A stretch of 58,795 bases of DNA, filler included, from Sphacelaria rigidula (Eukaryota): NCBI GenBank assembly GCA_964200075.2. It is 8 parts of 8 records of this genome, joined end to end, with 100 filler letters (N's around TTAATTAATTAA, not from the genome) between each part and the next. Parts side by side here need not be neighbours in the genome. Positions count along the whole stretch, not along the records: positions 29,449 to 36,710 come from CAXNAA020015723.1; positions 36,811 to 44,072 come from CAXNAA020015724.1; positions 44,173 to 51,434 come from CAXNAA020015725.1; 5 more parts are not named here. One strand, written 5' to 3'. Shown one piece after another: positions 36,190 through 49,140 of the stretch. The stretch's first letter is position 1. Every line of letters starts with the position of its first letter. The notes below the pieces were generated by a model. The model saw nothing but the letters and a program-made list of their open reading frames with translations, had not been told where the DNA came from and did not search any database. The translations under genes and the position numbers were made by a program.

Positions 36190-38362
36190 ATATTCATGGA
36201 AAATGCAAGCTGAACGCTAAATGCGTCAGAAGTGGCCGGTAATCCAACGAGTCATACAGTATCAACGGAAAAAACAAGCGTCACCTGCAAATGACGATTT
36301 GGGTCATGGAAAATGAACTATATTGCTAGTACATTTGTAGTCTGGGAGTGGTCGGTGTTGAGGTGATTTTGTTCCTCCGGAAAGCTCGCTCCACATCAGT
36401 AGATGGACAATCTTGTTGCACTAGCGAGTGTCCTGCCTCTGTCTGTGTCAGTCGGGAAGCACACGCCCCCGAGCTGCCACCCCACGTTTACCGTCATTGC
36501 GAAGATAACAAGACAAGAGCACGAACAGCAGCTATTGTGGCCGCTACACACCAACGTAACTGCAGCAACCCAAAAGTGCCAATCCCGCAACGCTTGCAAT
36601 TCGACAACGAAGCGGGGGATTGGACTGCGGTTTCTTGCGCGCGCTTCCCACACACTCAAGCTACGTCGACAAGTTTAGATTTAGCGTTAAAGCATAATAA
36701 CAACACACAANNNNNNNNNNNNNNNNNNNNNNNNNNNNNNNNNNNNNNNNNNNNTTAATTAATTAANNNNNNNNNNNNNNNNNNNNNNNNNNNNNNNNNN
36801 NNNNNNNNNNATCCTGCTGAGGTTGCTCGGCCCGAAGCCTACTGATTGTCTTGCATTTGGATGACAGCCTACAATGAGTTGCTTCATTTTCTGGTATCGT
36901 CACTTCCAGAGACAGCGACGACTGATACACTGCCTCATGGGTGCCTCACCGTTTAAACACTACGTGGTACGATCATCCCACGCCGCACGGCATGATCTCG
37001 CTCGATTATTACCAATAGTTATCGCAAAAAAACACAAGCGCGCAAAACGAAAAGGTAACCCGGTTGTCTGGCTTCCGCAGTAAGTGGCGTGTTTATAGCG
37101 TCATCGCCAACCGACGCCAACTCCATAGGGGGCCCGCCCCTACAACGCCCGAACGGAGCACGCCGAGTTCTTGCCGGACCAGGCTGGCAGGGGGGTGGGG
37201 TGTACTCATGATCATGCATGCCATAGTCATAAGAGGCAGGGGGGTGTGGGGGTATCGCATCATCACACATCTGCAGTATGGAGCAGCAGAGACTAACGAC
37301 GACGAGTGGAGGATGGGAACAAGTAAGCCAAGGCTGGCAGCAAGTGGGAATAAGAGCGCATAATTCTCATCTCCGCACCGAAACCACGCATGAAGTTGAC
37401 TCGCAAATCATGGTGTGCTTTGTATTTTGTGGTTTCACCGTTTGTTATCCTTGCTTTTCGGATGTCGTGGGATGAAACGACAAACCTTGGCGTATGTCCG
37501 CCCCCATCACTTCGAGCTGTGGTGGGCATATGTTACAGCATGTCCACAACGCTTTTCACCATGGAAATGGCAATTGGTAAGTAACTTGAAACATTTGTAC
37601 TATTTATACTACTATAGGGTGCAGAGTTCAATCGCGTAGTTAAGTTGTGTAAAATGGTGTGGGCATCTTTGTTATATTATTATACTAAAATTAGTGCAAA
37701 CTATAGCCGTTGACAACAAAACTCGAATAAACTGGATAACTGGCGCCCTCGTCGCCAGATCCACTTCAATTCCACTCCCACTTTAACGACGGCATTAACT
37801 GAGCCAGTGTACAGCCCTCCACCTATGGTCTAGTACGACGAAATGCTGCCGTCTTTCGTACGGCATCATAGCCGTCACTCTCCATGATTAAGCTCAGCAT
37901 CGGTCGCGGACGGTAAGCTTTGCACGGTCAAAATGCCATGTTTTGGCAAAAGAAATGCAGGAATAAACAGCGTGATAATCGGAATTGCCCTTTCGGACCT
38001 AAAGGTTCCTGGTAGATGACCCGCCGGTGCTGGGAAGACTACTCATTTTAGTGGTCTGATCCCCAGCTGGGAGTGTGGTGCCGCTGCGGTGGACAACAGC
38101 CACGCCGTCTTCTTTCCACAACGGCTATATTAGGACATCATGTACAAATCACGACAAAATGGACATCTACATACTTCGTATGCATATTCAGCGATGGCAA
38201 CAGTAGGGATAATATATTATTATGCCGTCCATTCTCATATCGATATATTACAGCGTATGGTTTTTGACCAAAATATTGCGCAGCTCTAACAGTACACTTT
38301 GCTACCGTGTTCAAAACTCGCTGAACAATTGTAGATGTTGATCGTCAAATGTTGATCCTCAC

Positions 38363-40966
38363 CGTGCTATAGTTGAGAAATGTTCCGCGTTCACAAGCGA
38401 AGACGTTGTCGTCGAAGGAGGTGCTGTCGGTCACATCGATGGATCCCACGTTAGAGATTGCCGGTCCTTCGTCTTCGGCGGAAGAATTCTCTACGAATGT
38501 GCAGTTGGATATGGATGCCGTGCCAGCGAGACTCAAAGCTCCTCCAGTTTGTGCAACGTTGCCGTGAAACAATGTATTGATGAACTTGTCATGACCTGCT
38601 CCGGTGTTCACCGCACCACCTGCTATAGTTGCACTGTTGCTGGAAAATTGACACCGGTCGAACGTGGTCGGAGCCACAAATTGATATTCCCTAACTGCCG
38701 TTCCGCTGCCTGTAATGGACACTGCTCCGCCTGTATTAGCAGAGTTTGAAGTGAACGTAACGTCGATGAATTGTGGCCCAACCCCTACACCTGCAACGAA
38801 CACTGCCCCTCCGGCAAAGTCAGCAGAATTCCGATCGAACGTCATGGCTTTCTCACCAAAACGTGTAGCTATCACGCCGACCAGTGCCATCGCCCCTCCA
38901 CCAGTCTTGCAGCTATTATTGACGAACGTGGTCAAGGCGTTGATGACGATAGACGACTCGATGTCTTCACTGTTCCTATTTGACGACGACAAGGAAACAG
39001 CACCTCCTGATGCACCCGCATCGTTGTTGCGGAAGATCGTGGTCGCTCCCCAGGATACACTGGAGCCGTGTTCGATAAGCACGGCTCCTCCCGCTCCATT
39101 TGCTGAATTGTTCGCAAACTCAGTCTCTGCTTCCCATGACGCATCAGAGCGATTCATCGTGAAAATGGCCCCACCTCCCCCGGAAGCGATATTGTTGAAG
39201 AAGAGTGTTTTCCCTGCCCACGAGACAGCGGCTTCATTGAAGATGTTCAAAGCGCCGCCTGAAACAGCTGCATGATTGCCAATAAACGACGTCTCTGTTT
39301 CCCAAAATGCATATGCGTTCTCGCTGGTGATTACGGCACCTCCATAAGTAGCATTGTTGTCCAAGAAGGACGTTTTCCCTCGCCACAATGCCGCGGAATT
39401 CTTGAAGATGTCCAAAGCGCCCCCAGAAAGAGTTGCAGAATTGCCGATAAACGACGTCTCTGCCTCCCAAGATGCGTTGGAGCCGTCGCTAGTGATCACA
39501 GCACCCCCATTTTCAGCGCTGTTGTCGGAGAAAGACGTTTTTCCTTGCCACGATAGTGCCGAATTCTTAAATATATTTAAAGCGCCCCCAGAGTGAATTG
39601 CAGCATTGCCGAAAAAGGACGTTTCTGCCTCCCAAGATACATGGGAGCCCTCGCCGGTGATCACCGCACCCCCGTTCTCAGCGCTATTGTTGAAGAAGCG
39701 CGTTTTTCCTTTCCACGATATATCGGATTTGTTGAAAATATCCAAAGCGCCTCCCGACCAAGTTGCGACATTGCCGATAAACGACGTCTCTGCCTCCCAG
39801 GATACACGGGAGCCGTGAGACGAAAGGGCACCCCCATAGACACCGTTGTTGTTTAAAAAGGACGTTTTCCCTGTCCAAGATGCAGTAGCGCCGTCTAAAA
39901 GGTAGACAGCACCCCCATTGCTTTTACCTGCGATATTACCGGCGAAGACAGTCCTCGCCTGCCACGATACCGAGGCGGCGTTGACTTGTATCGCGCCGGC
40001 GTGCAGTGTAGCATTGTTGTCGATGAACCTCGTCATCGCCGTCCACGATGCGCTCGAACCGTCGTAGACGTCCAACCCAGCTCCACCGCCATCGGACGGT
40101 GCCTGATTGCCGGAGAACACAGTCTCCGCTTCCCAGGATATCTTGGAGTTGTTTTCGACATGCACGCCTCCACCCCACTGCCCGCTGTTGCGGGAGAACG
40201 ACGTCGTCGCTTCCCACGATACCGTCGATTCATTGTACACGTTCAAGGCGCCCCCTGTAAAGACTGCAGTATTCCCATCAAACGATGTCTCCGCTTCCCA
40301 AGAGACACTGGAGTTATTTTCTACGTAGAGTGCACCTCCCTGGTAAGCAGTGTTGTTAGAGAACGACGTATTTCCTCGCCATGAGACGCTTGAGCTGTCA
40401 CTAATAAACGCCCCACCGCCACCACCAGACGCGTTATTGCCGACGAACGTTGTCAGACCGCTCCACGAAACAGCCGAGTTGTCGGCGACATAGAGAGCTC
40501 CGCCATCTCCCTTGACGGCGACGTTGTCGATGAAAGAGGTCCGATAGAACGACATGCTTGAGCGATGACAAACGATCGCCCCGCCAGAGGTCGCATTGCC
40601 GTTGCTGATGATCATGTTGCTCACATTCAAGAACGCGTTTTCGATGTTGAAAAGTCGATTACTTCCACTCCCCTCCATCCCGGCTGCCGAATCACTTCCA
40701 GCTATTTCGAGGGAAGTTCCACCCGCTACATGGATTTCGCGCTCTACGACGACGTTTCCTGTCCATTTGACATTGAACACCCCACCAGAGCAGTTTACTG
40801 CGACAGCCAGGGCTGCGGCTGATGCTGTATCCTCAACGTCCCAGACATGCGAGGCATCGCTGCTGCTGCAAGGAGCGGAAGCTACGCCAGTGCAGAATAT
40901 CCCGAGCAGAAGTGTGACAATCCAGCCCTTCCGTCTTCTGATCAGATGTCGCTGATCAGGTGGCAT
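38363..40966 (-). CDS. Secreted/surface PMP-like (GGA[I/L/V]...FxxN) right-handed beta-helix repeat protein; large coding exon, gene probably continues
   Basis: Within the intact ORF 38345-41074. ATG 40966 precedes a basic + hydrophobic signal (RRRKGWIVTLLLGIFCTGVASA). About 18 SW-x3-T-x-F-x2-N-x-A-x2-4-GGA units. Likely GT donor (GTGAGG) at 38361-62 after FACERGTFLNYST. Confidence 0.9.
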
Positions 40967-42725
40967 TCCGCCGAACGGCGGTTGATTGTTGACACGCCGA
41001 CCACGTGGCGGAAGGTACCTGAAACACGGCACGATACACGCGTTGGTCGGCGAACAACTTGCACTGAGAACCATCTGTGTACCTGTGAAGGCATAGCCTG
41101 GTTAGATATTTCAGGAGAATGAGCTCCTTGTTGGTAGTGTAAGGTCACCACTTGGTGTCAATGTGACGTCGCTCGAGGGAGATTAAAAAAAAAAACGAGA
41201 TACAGGCAAACATAAAAGTAATCTGACTCCAATTTCAGATGGTAGAACTCCAAGAAGGTTGAATAATAAGTTCTGCGCTGCCACACGAGGGAGCAGCGTT
41301 TGACGCCTCGACAATTGAGATGCGCGTGCAGTGAGCGTGTCCATCCCTTCATTTGAAGATGGAAGCGTGAATATTTCAGTGCAACTTGAGCTGAATTCAG
41401 TCGAAAATATATGCGCTTCTCGTCGAAATTCAGGGAGCAGGAAGAAAGTCGAAGGAGGAGGAAGGAAGTTGTCGAGGGTGGGGTTGGTCTAGTATTCGGC
41501 TTACCCTTTTATAGAAAACATGGGGCTTCCTCGCTCGAGGGTTTTCTTAGGATTCAAAGGAGACGTGCACCGCGAGCGAGATTTCGTTGAAGGGCACGCA
41601 TTCCTTGGGGATCTGCATTTTGCGTCCGCCCTCGGCTGGTGTTTGGACCACCAGAAAAAAAACAAATGCAGACACCAATATACGCAAATTCGCCGTGTAT
41701 ACCCGTTCTTCGTAACACCATGGCAAGAACTGCGATAGTGTACGTTACCGCGGAGCGAGGCGAAATGTAGTCAGTCAGACAGATCTCATGTAGGACATCA
41801 TTGAGGATTGCTCCGGCTGCAGCAGCAGCGCAGGGCCGGCCCGAACTCCATCACAGTAGTATAACTAGGTATAGCCATCTGTGGCCACCATAGGCTGCGC
41901 GCAACAAACCTCTTGCACAGGAAAAAAACTGAATATTCTCGAGAGGGTAATACAGCAAGAAAATGATCAGACAGATGTTGGGAACAGGGTATGGCTTTGA
42001 CGTCGTGTCCCGAGTTGAATCCAAGTTAATAGGTCAAAGCCCATGGTGTGGTGAGGCGTCAACGTTTGCGGTGACACAACGCGAGTGTCATTCGACCTTG
42101 GACTGCGAACCCCCTGTGCGAATCACCCGAACACACCCGCGGATAGCCGATCATAAAATTGAGGATAGAGCTTACCATCAATATTAGAACCTTCGTATCC
42201 ACACCAATTCTTCAAAATGTCGTCATGTTCCTTCACTGGTAGCCATCAACAACTGCTACATGGCACACAAATTTGGATTCCGATAACCGAACTTTGGGGG
42301 CTTGGGTAATGAAAACATAAACAAAACTCCTTTTATGTTGACCTTCCTCCTGTGTAACCCCCGGTCGTGCGCTCACATATACCGACAGGGGTAGACTGGC
42401 GTCCAGAATCAATGAGGTGAGAGCACACACGCAAGAAACGGCCTAAGGAACCGGGAAAAAAATGGATCGAAAAAGGGACAAAGCTGTATCAAAATGAGGC
42501 CACTTTCAGCAGCAAAAACCGGCTGCACAAAAAAACACATCCTGAAATAATTCGTGTGATTCAGCACCAGACTTCTTCTTCGATTAAGATCACCTACTGA
42601 TCTCCAACGCCAGTCACTCCGACGGTTTTGTAGCTAAGTACCTCCTTTCTGTTGGCGATCAACACTCCCAATGACAACATACGATGTATTCTATAGCCCC
42701 CAATCCGTACTAGCTGAGGGTAATA

Positions 42726-43137
42726 CTTCCTCTGTCCCACAAGTAAAGGTACCTAAATTTGTACGGGCCCTTAACGATGTCTAATCGTTATTTGTTTATT
42801 TTAAACGAACTCTACGGTGTTTTTTGGGTGAAGAAAATATGTTTGAAATTTGCAGCTCGTGCTTGAACTATGCAGTGAAGGCGGGGGCGATTAAAAAAAT
42901 CAAGAACAAAAATTTCGACACTTTTTTTCCCCTCGCAAAGGGGCAAAAAACGGCCGTTTTTGGACCGACTACTCTTTTTGCAGACGCTCGGCGGCATGGT
43001 TCAAGCACGAGCTGCAAATTTCAAACACATTTTCTTGACCCAAAAACCCCCGTAGAGTTCATAAAAAAAAAAAAAAGATCGGATGTCGCGAAGGGTCCGT
43101 GCAAATTTAGGTACCTTTACTTATGGGACAGAGGAAG
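42726..43137. mobile_element. Stowaway-like (Tc1/mariner) MITE
   Basis: TIR CTTCCTCTGTCCCA(C/T)AAGTAAAGGTACCTAAATTTG at both ends, TA on each side, and an internally palindromic sequence. Confidence 0.9.
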
Positions 43138-45094
43138 TATTGAAAAACACCCCGGACGCTCACTCCATTACTTTTCATTTTCGGTGCTCTGGGGGGTGGG
43201 GGGGGGGGTAATACTTAGTCGTATACAGAGCCAGTGCCACACTAACTCCTGTAGGAAAACACTTACTTGATCCTAGAGAGGGGGCGAGTTACTTGAACTG
43301 AGTACATGTGAGCCGAATCATTCGACATCACACTAGATGAGAAAGGCCACGTGATCTCCTTAAACTTAGTACTTGGTTGATAAGGAAAGTTACTTGAACT
43401 TGGAGCGGACGAGGCAAAGAACTGGAACGAACTAGGGGCAAAATACGTCACTTTATGTTAAACAAGCTGAGGAGTGATCCTACGATAACGGGGGGAGGGG
43501 GGCGTGGATTCCACGAAAACTAGGGGCCCGTACTTGTGTAAGATGACCTGACACATTCGTGGTCCTCTTGTATTTGGGTAAAAACAGTGTCAAGCAGTAT
43601 GAATGGCTATGTCTCATTGGTAACAGGCGCGTTCGAACAAACGTCGTTGGTTGAACGGCGGTATGAAGTGTCTTTTCGCGGATGATACGAATCCCCCCCC
43701 CGTTTCGTAGCATGACTCTCACGAAAATTACTCGAACCGAGTATACGTGAACCAAGCAATCTGCTGTTAAAATCTAGTAGCTGAGTCAGGTCATTTGATC
43801 TTACAGGTGATACTTGGCTGATGAGGCCCGCTTCTTTTCCATATCGCGCTTGCATGCTGTGCGAAACACACACAACAAATACAACAGTGTAGGCCGCCAC
43901 TGTTGTCCAGTCTGTACGGTCTGTACTGTACTTTGTTTGTTATTATTCATTGTCGCACTTTAACTGACCCCCCCGGGGTCCAGCCGTGGTCTCACTAGGT
44001 GCCGTGTGTGTGTGTGTGTGTGTTGTCGTCCCATTTATTCTGGGCACCAGTCTACACCTTTCGGTATATGTGNNNNNNNNNNNNNNNNNNNNNNNNNNNN
44101 NNNNNNNNNNNNNNNNTTAATTAATTAANNNNNNNNNNNNNNNNNNNNNNNNNNNNNNNNNNNNNNNNNNNNCCTGTCGAAAGCTCTCCATCGCGACTGA
44201 TACTGTTTGATACATCTGTACATTACCTGATGCGCACAACACCCGAATTATAGTACAGGCAGTTTGTGCCTGCACCTGAAAATAGATTGGATGAAACTTT
44301 CGGTCCTCATCTAACCCTGCCGTTACATACATAAGTTGATTTTTAGCAATATGAAGCCCCTGTTACATGCACATGCAGGACACGTCATTCCTAAGCAGCC
44401 TCGTTGGTCGTTCTGGAGGCCCAGTCCCAAAAGGGTTAAACAAATAAAAAGAAAAGCTCCTAGGTTGGCCTTCCTCCTGTGTGACCCCGGCTGGTGCGCC
44501 CACATATACCGAAAGGTGTAGACCAACGTTCAAAATAGCTGAGATGACAACACGCACGCACACACGCACACACACACACATCACCCAAAAACCTAACTCA
44601 GATAAGAACAACAACTAGCCGTTACCCAAACAACCACACCAACATATGTATTAAAGCAAACGAACAGAGTCATATTTGGCCGAGTTGCTTCAACATTCAT
44701 GATTCCATAAGCCCCGTCGACAAAACTCGTGATGAAAGACACCACCGCGCAGGCCTCCTTATGACCGGGGAACGCCGCGTAGCTGTGATGCCATCTCCCA
44801 CTCGTTATTCGCTGTGACAATAGGTACCTTGCACCCACGACTCCAGAACAATGAAGAATCCACCGCGGCCCCATTTTCCTCGTCGATAGAAAATTGAAGA
44901 CTGAAAATACGAAGCGGATACAGGACAGTCTCCGTGCTCATTCACCCAGCATCGTGCAGCAACCCTATATCTTCTTCAGCCTCCTCGGATACGGCAAACC
45001 TGAAAAACACGGCGCGCATGGTGAAACAGACCGCCCCCTTCTGGAACAAAGAGTGAATAAACTGAATACTCATGCGATTGGAGCTTGTTTCTAC

Positions 45095-47294
45095 CATAAT
45101 CATTTCTTGGCCTCTCTGTAAGAATGGAAGAGCCAGTTAGCATTCTGCTTCTCGTTTCCTGCTGATGACTCGCAGCGCCTTCCTTCACCCCGTCGGTGTT
45201 TCCTGTCCCGCAGGTGCCGGCCGATGTGGGGCCATCAGCCTCAGGTTCTGACTGAATTCTCGCCGGAGGTTTGCGGTCATGTCTTGCTTCTGAATCTCCA
45301 CCACCTTGGTTTTCTCTTCTCGGAGTTGTTCTCGATTACCTGTCGGGGAGCACCCGCATGCACAAGGGGGCAGTCAGAAATCAATGTTGTTGGGTATGTC
45401 ACTGAATAGTACAAACGTCAAACGCACAGCATAATGCCTCTGGCAAAAGGAAAGTTGACGGACCTCTCTCAAGGAATTACCAGAAAGGATAGACATCAAC
45501 CTGCGACCGAGATCAACCTGCAACCTGCGTGTTCAAGAGGAAAAAGTGACAGCGCGTGAATATGTGGAACAAATAGCGGAAGGTTAAACGCACTGATGGC
45601 TACTTTTTACGACCAGCATGCTATCATACCGCCGAATATGGAAGTTGAAGACTGCACAATTAAAACACTATTCTTCAAGACACTACCTAGAGAAGAAGAC
45701 GGCCTGCGGGTTTTACCAAACCGTTTTCAAGAAACTACTCAGAGGGAAAACAACCTGCGCACGTCGAAGACGAAAAGGAACACATTGTAAATGTTCATAA
45801 ACGCTCGACCTCCCAATATCGTGCAACCGCCGTCCGAAATGTGATGTCCCAGATCAATCTCCATCTGGGATACCAAATCCGTCTGGGATATCAAATCTAG
45901 GTGGGATCTCGAATCCATCCAGGATATAGACATCCAGCTGGGATATGGATCTTCCGAATGGGCGTTGACATCCCGGATGGATCTTCCAGACGGATACGAT
46001 ATCCCATCCGGAAGTTGCACGAAGAGCAGAGCTCCCAATAAACACGGGAAATGGAATGGAATAAACACATTACCAGCACATCAGTCAGACACAAAGAAAG
46101 CCACCCGCGCTCGGGAGGCATTCCTGGCTCGATACAACAGTGGACATGAAAAATTCCACGGTTCGGACGATGCATTGCCGGTTTGAACCACCACATCCAC
46201 GATTTCTTAGACCTAATTGCTCGAAAGAGAAAAAAAAGTCGACCGCTGGTGAAGCAGATCTCCCCGCAACTATTGCGTCATTCCAGATCCCTGGACTGCG
46301 CGTACCTGGGTTGCAACGCTGAAAACAAAGCCTATGGGTTGATACGTGCATTTCGTACGGTACGAATCACTTACATTAAAATCGAGTAATTTCCGGACGA
46401 ATTATGAATTCGTTCGATCCTTGGAAAAGTCCCAACTTCGCCCCTCTATCGCAGTACACAAAAACAATATCGGGCTGAATCTGCTGACCACGAGAGAGCG
46501 GTAGAGAGAGATCTTTGCTACGGAAGAAGACAAAATGTCGAAAATCGAAGCACACTCGACAGCGAAAACCGTAGTTCGACACTGCTTTTAAGGACACATC
46601 GTAGGTATGATGGACACGGAATGCGGCTGAATATCGACAGCTTTACTCTTCCCCCCCTCCCATCCGCTGCGCTTGGCTGTGCTGTGGTCGATGTCAATCG
46701 ATTTATGGCAATCAATTCGACCATCCTGTGCGCTCTTGTTTTTTTGTTTCTGTATGTACGGATGCTCCCGTAGAGGGAATCATCTCTCGAAAAACGATTC
46801 CCAGCCGGAAGGGTCTCAACTAGGCTGTTTTCGTTCACCACCCAGACGGCTGGCTGCCTCTACATGAGAATGAACGCACGTATTAGACAGCCGTATCCAT
46901 GACACACGTCTGCCGACGAGGCGTGCGAACAAGAAGGTGAAACTCCAAAGAATGCCAAGAAGCTGCACGTTTTCGAAAGCACCGAAATCCGCGGTCTTAC
47001 AGAGCCCTCGGAACCACCCTCTTCCTCAACAGCCCGATCCGCAGCTCAAGTATCACCCACATCGGTTGTTGTTGCCGCGGGCATCGACAGCAGCTGCCCG
47101 TCAGAAATTTCCACGCCAGCACTCAAACGTTTGGAAACACCCTTGGATGACGAATGCTCATCATAGGGTTGAGCAACAGCCGAAGAATCGTCGGTGGGGG
47201 AAGCGAACCGAGTTTCATCTTCCCCACGCACGGTGCCGTTGGTTGTTGGTGTTCCTGGTGTTGACGGTCCTGTCTTGGTTGCGACTTCTTGCCT

Positions 47295-47331
<37 letters not shown>

Positions 47332-49140
47332 TCACCTTTGATGGGAGCCTGTTCGCAGACGGGCTTTTGCTGATCCCCACACTGTGGAGAGGAAGCAGCA
47401 GTGCAATGCAGGGGGCACCACTTTCTCAAAGCTTGAACCCGGCAAGATTTCGAGTAATGTGATTGATACCGTGTGTTCATCTGTGATATCGGTTGCCTCC
47501 ACGAATGGTATTTCATCCACGCGATACTTCGGGTTCCTTTTAATCCGCTGCCGTGCTTTGAACCCTTCCCCCAGCCCTTCTCGGGACGGGTTCTTGATCT
47601 CAAGGGACCAACCAAACCATATTTTCCCCGACGCCTGAATTGCACTTTGATGCCTAGAATTGGATCAGCACTGCCGTGGTCCCGTTGACTCATCATCCAA
47701 GTGATCGCTGGTAAGAGACGCAGAACGATACTTACCAGGAAAACGTGGGTACCGTGCAAGGTGAGAGAGGGGGTGATTGAGGACCTGCGGGGCAAGACAT
47801 GAGCGTGACGAAGATGATGAATGCGACAAGAAGCGAGGAATCCTGGGACTCTTCTCTTTCAACACATCATGTGAAGGAGTCGGATGAGAATAATTTTTAC
47901 ATTCGTTCCGTTCCTCGCTCGATTGGTGAGCGACCGTACCATCAATCACGCGTCTTCTTGGAATTCGTCCGCGAGAATCGTTGTCGTGCAGGCGTGTTCC
48001 CGAATCTGGCAGCCGATAATTCAACTACACCTCGAAGGTAACCGACACCTGTACTGCAATACCATTCGGTCTTCCTCATGGATTACAGAGACAGACTTGC
48101 CAGACAATCTGCGGGTATTGTCCGTGCGGTTTTGCTAAGGAGCCGGTTGTGCCGCTGCCGGCGTGGGTCTTTCAGAGGGGTTCTTGGTGGAGCTATCTGA
48201 GATCCTCATCCCATAGGCGGTGTATTTCTTCTACCGTACGGTACAGTATTTAGCCACGTACGATGTACATATCCGCTCACCTCAACTGACGAAGCCAATG
48301 TTATGTTGCGGCCCGGACCGGAAGGTCTACTGGGCTTGCTACTACTGGGACGATGGGGAATGACTTCTCGCACCGTGGATATCTCTCCCTCTGTCGGCGA
48401 CTGTTTCTTGGCCGCGTCGGTAGATTGCTCTCCCGACGTGGGAGATTTTCCCCACACCACGGGTGAATTCCCTGCGAAATGCGCGCCCGTGGTAGCATCG
48501 CTGGGTTCTGCCGTTTGGGGTGTATAGTCTCTCGCTTCGACAGGATCGTCCGACGGGGTACCACCTTCACCAGTGGAGTCCGTCCGGTCGAAATATTCGG
48601 GTTGACAATCTTTTGACTCTGATGGATCACCCAACAGCTCTCGCTTCGTCACTTTCCCAAGGCTTTCAACAGTATGGGGACGGCATTGTCTGGGAGACAC
48701 TGGCGGAGACGTTAACCGAATGCTTTCGCGGATCTTGATACATGCACCGTCCACCACCTTCTCTACCCTTTCACCGCCGTGGACGTCGGCGACTCCGTTA
48801 TCTTCTTGCCACTCCCGAAAGTGAGTGTGTCCTTCGGACAACGCAATGCCGATATTGCCGCCTTCCTCGGACTTTATCGGGACGAAAATGGCAGTCGAAT
48901 GGTCAAGGCCAGTTAATACAGGCGGTTTCCACGCGGTCATCCGCACCCCCTTTGGCAACGGAGCGCTCTGTTCGTTCCTCCGTCTCGCGGCCAAGGCGAG
49001 GTCGATCGACCCACCGTCCTCACTGTCTGCTGTGACATTGCTTCCCGTGGTATCCAGCCTGCTGCATTCATCTCTCTCGTATTCTTGTTGTGTCTCATCA
49101 TTCGCATTTTGTTTCGACGGCAGCCGCCCTAGACCGGACT
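45095..49140 (-). CDS. Possible multi-exon host gene of unknown function (low-complexity, S/P/T/D-rich)
   Basis: Open frames at ~48280-49140 (ending at a GTGAGC donor), 47046-47795 (poly-Asp) and ~45095-45339 (after a ccccgacag acceptor). No domain recognised and the splice chain was not fully resolved. Confidence 0.3.
45800..46045. repeat. Short degenerate ~19-bp tandem array (ATCC.TCTGGGATA-like)
   Basis: Repeated atcc...gggata/ggatct units. Confidence 0.55.

Noticed and set aside
45400-45790. Possible copia gag remnant (TIKTLFFKTLPRE)
   Set aside because: A single weak motif with no other copia domains nearby.
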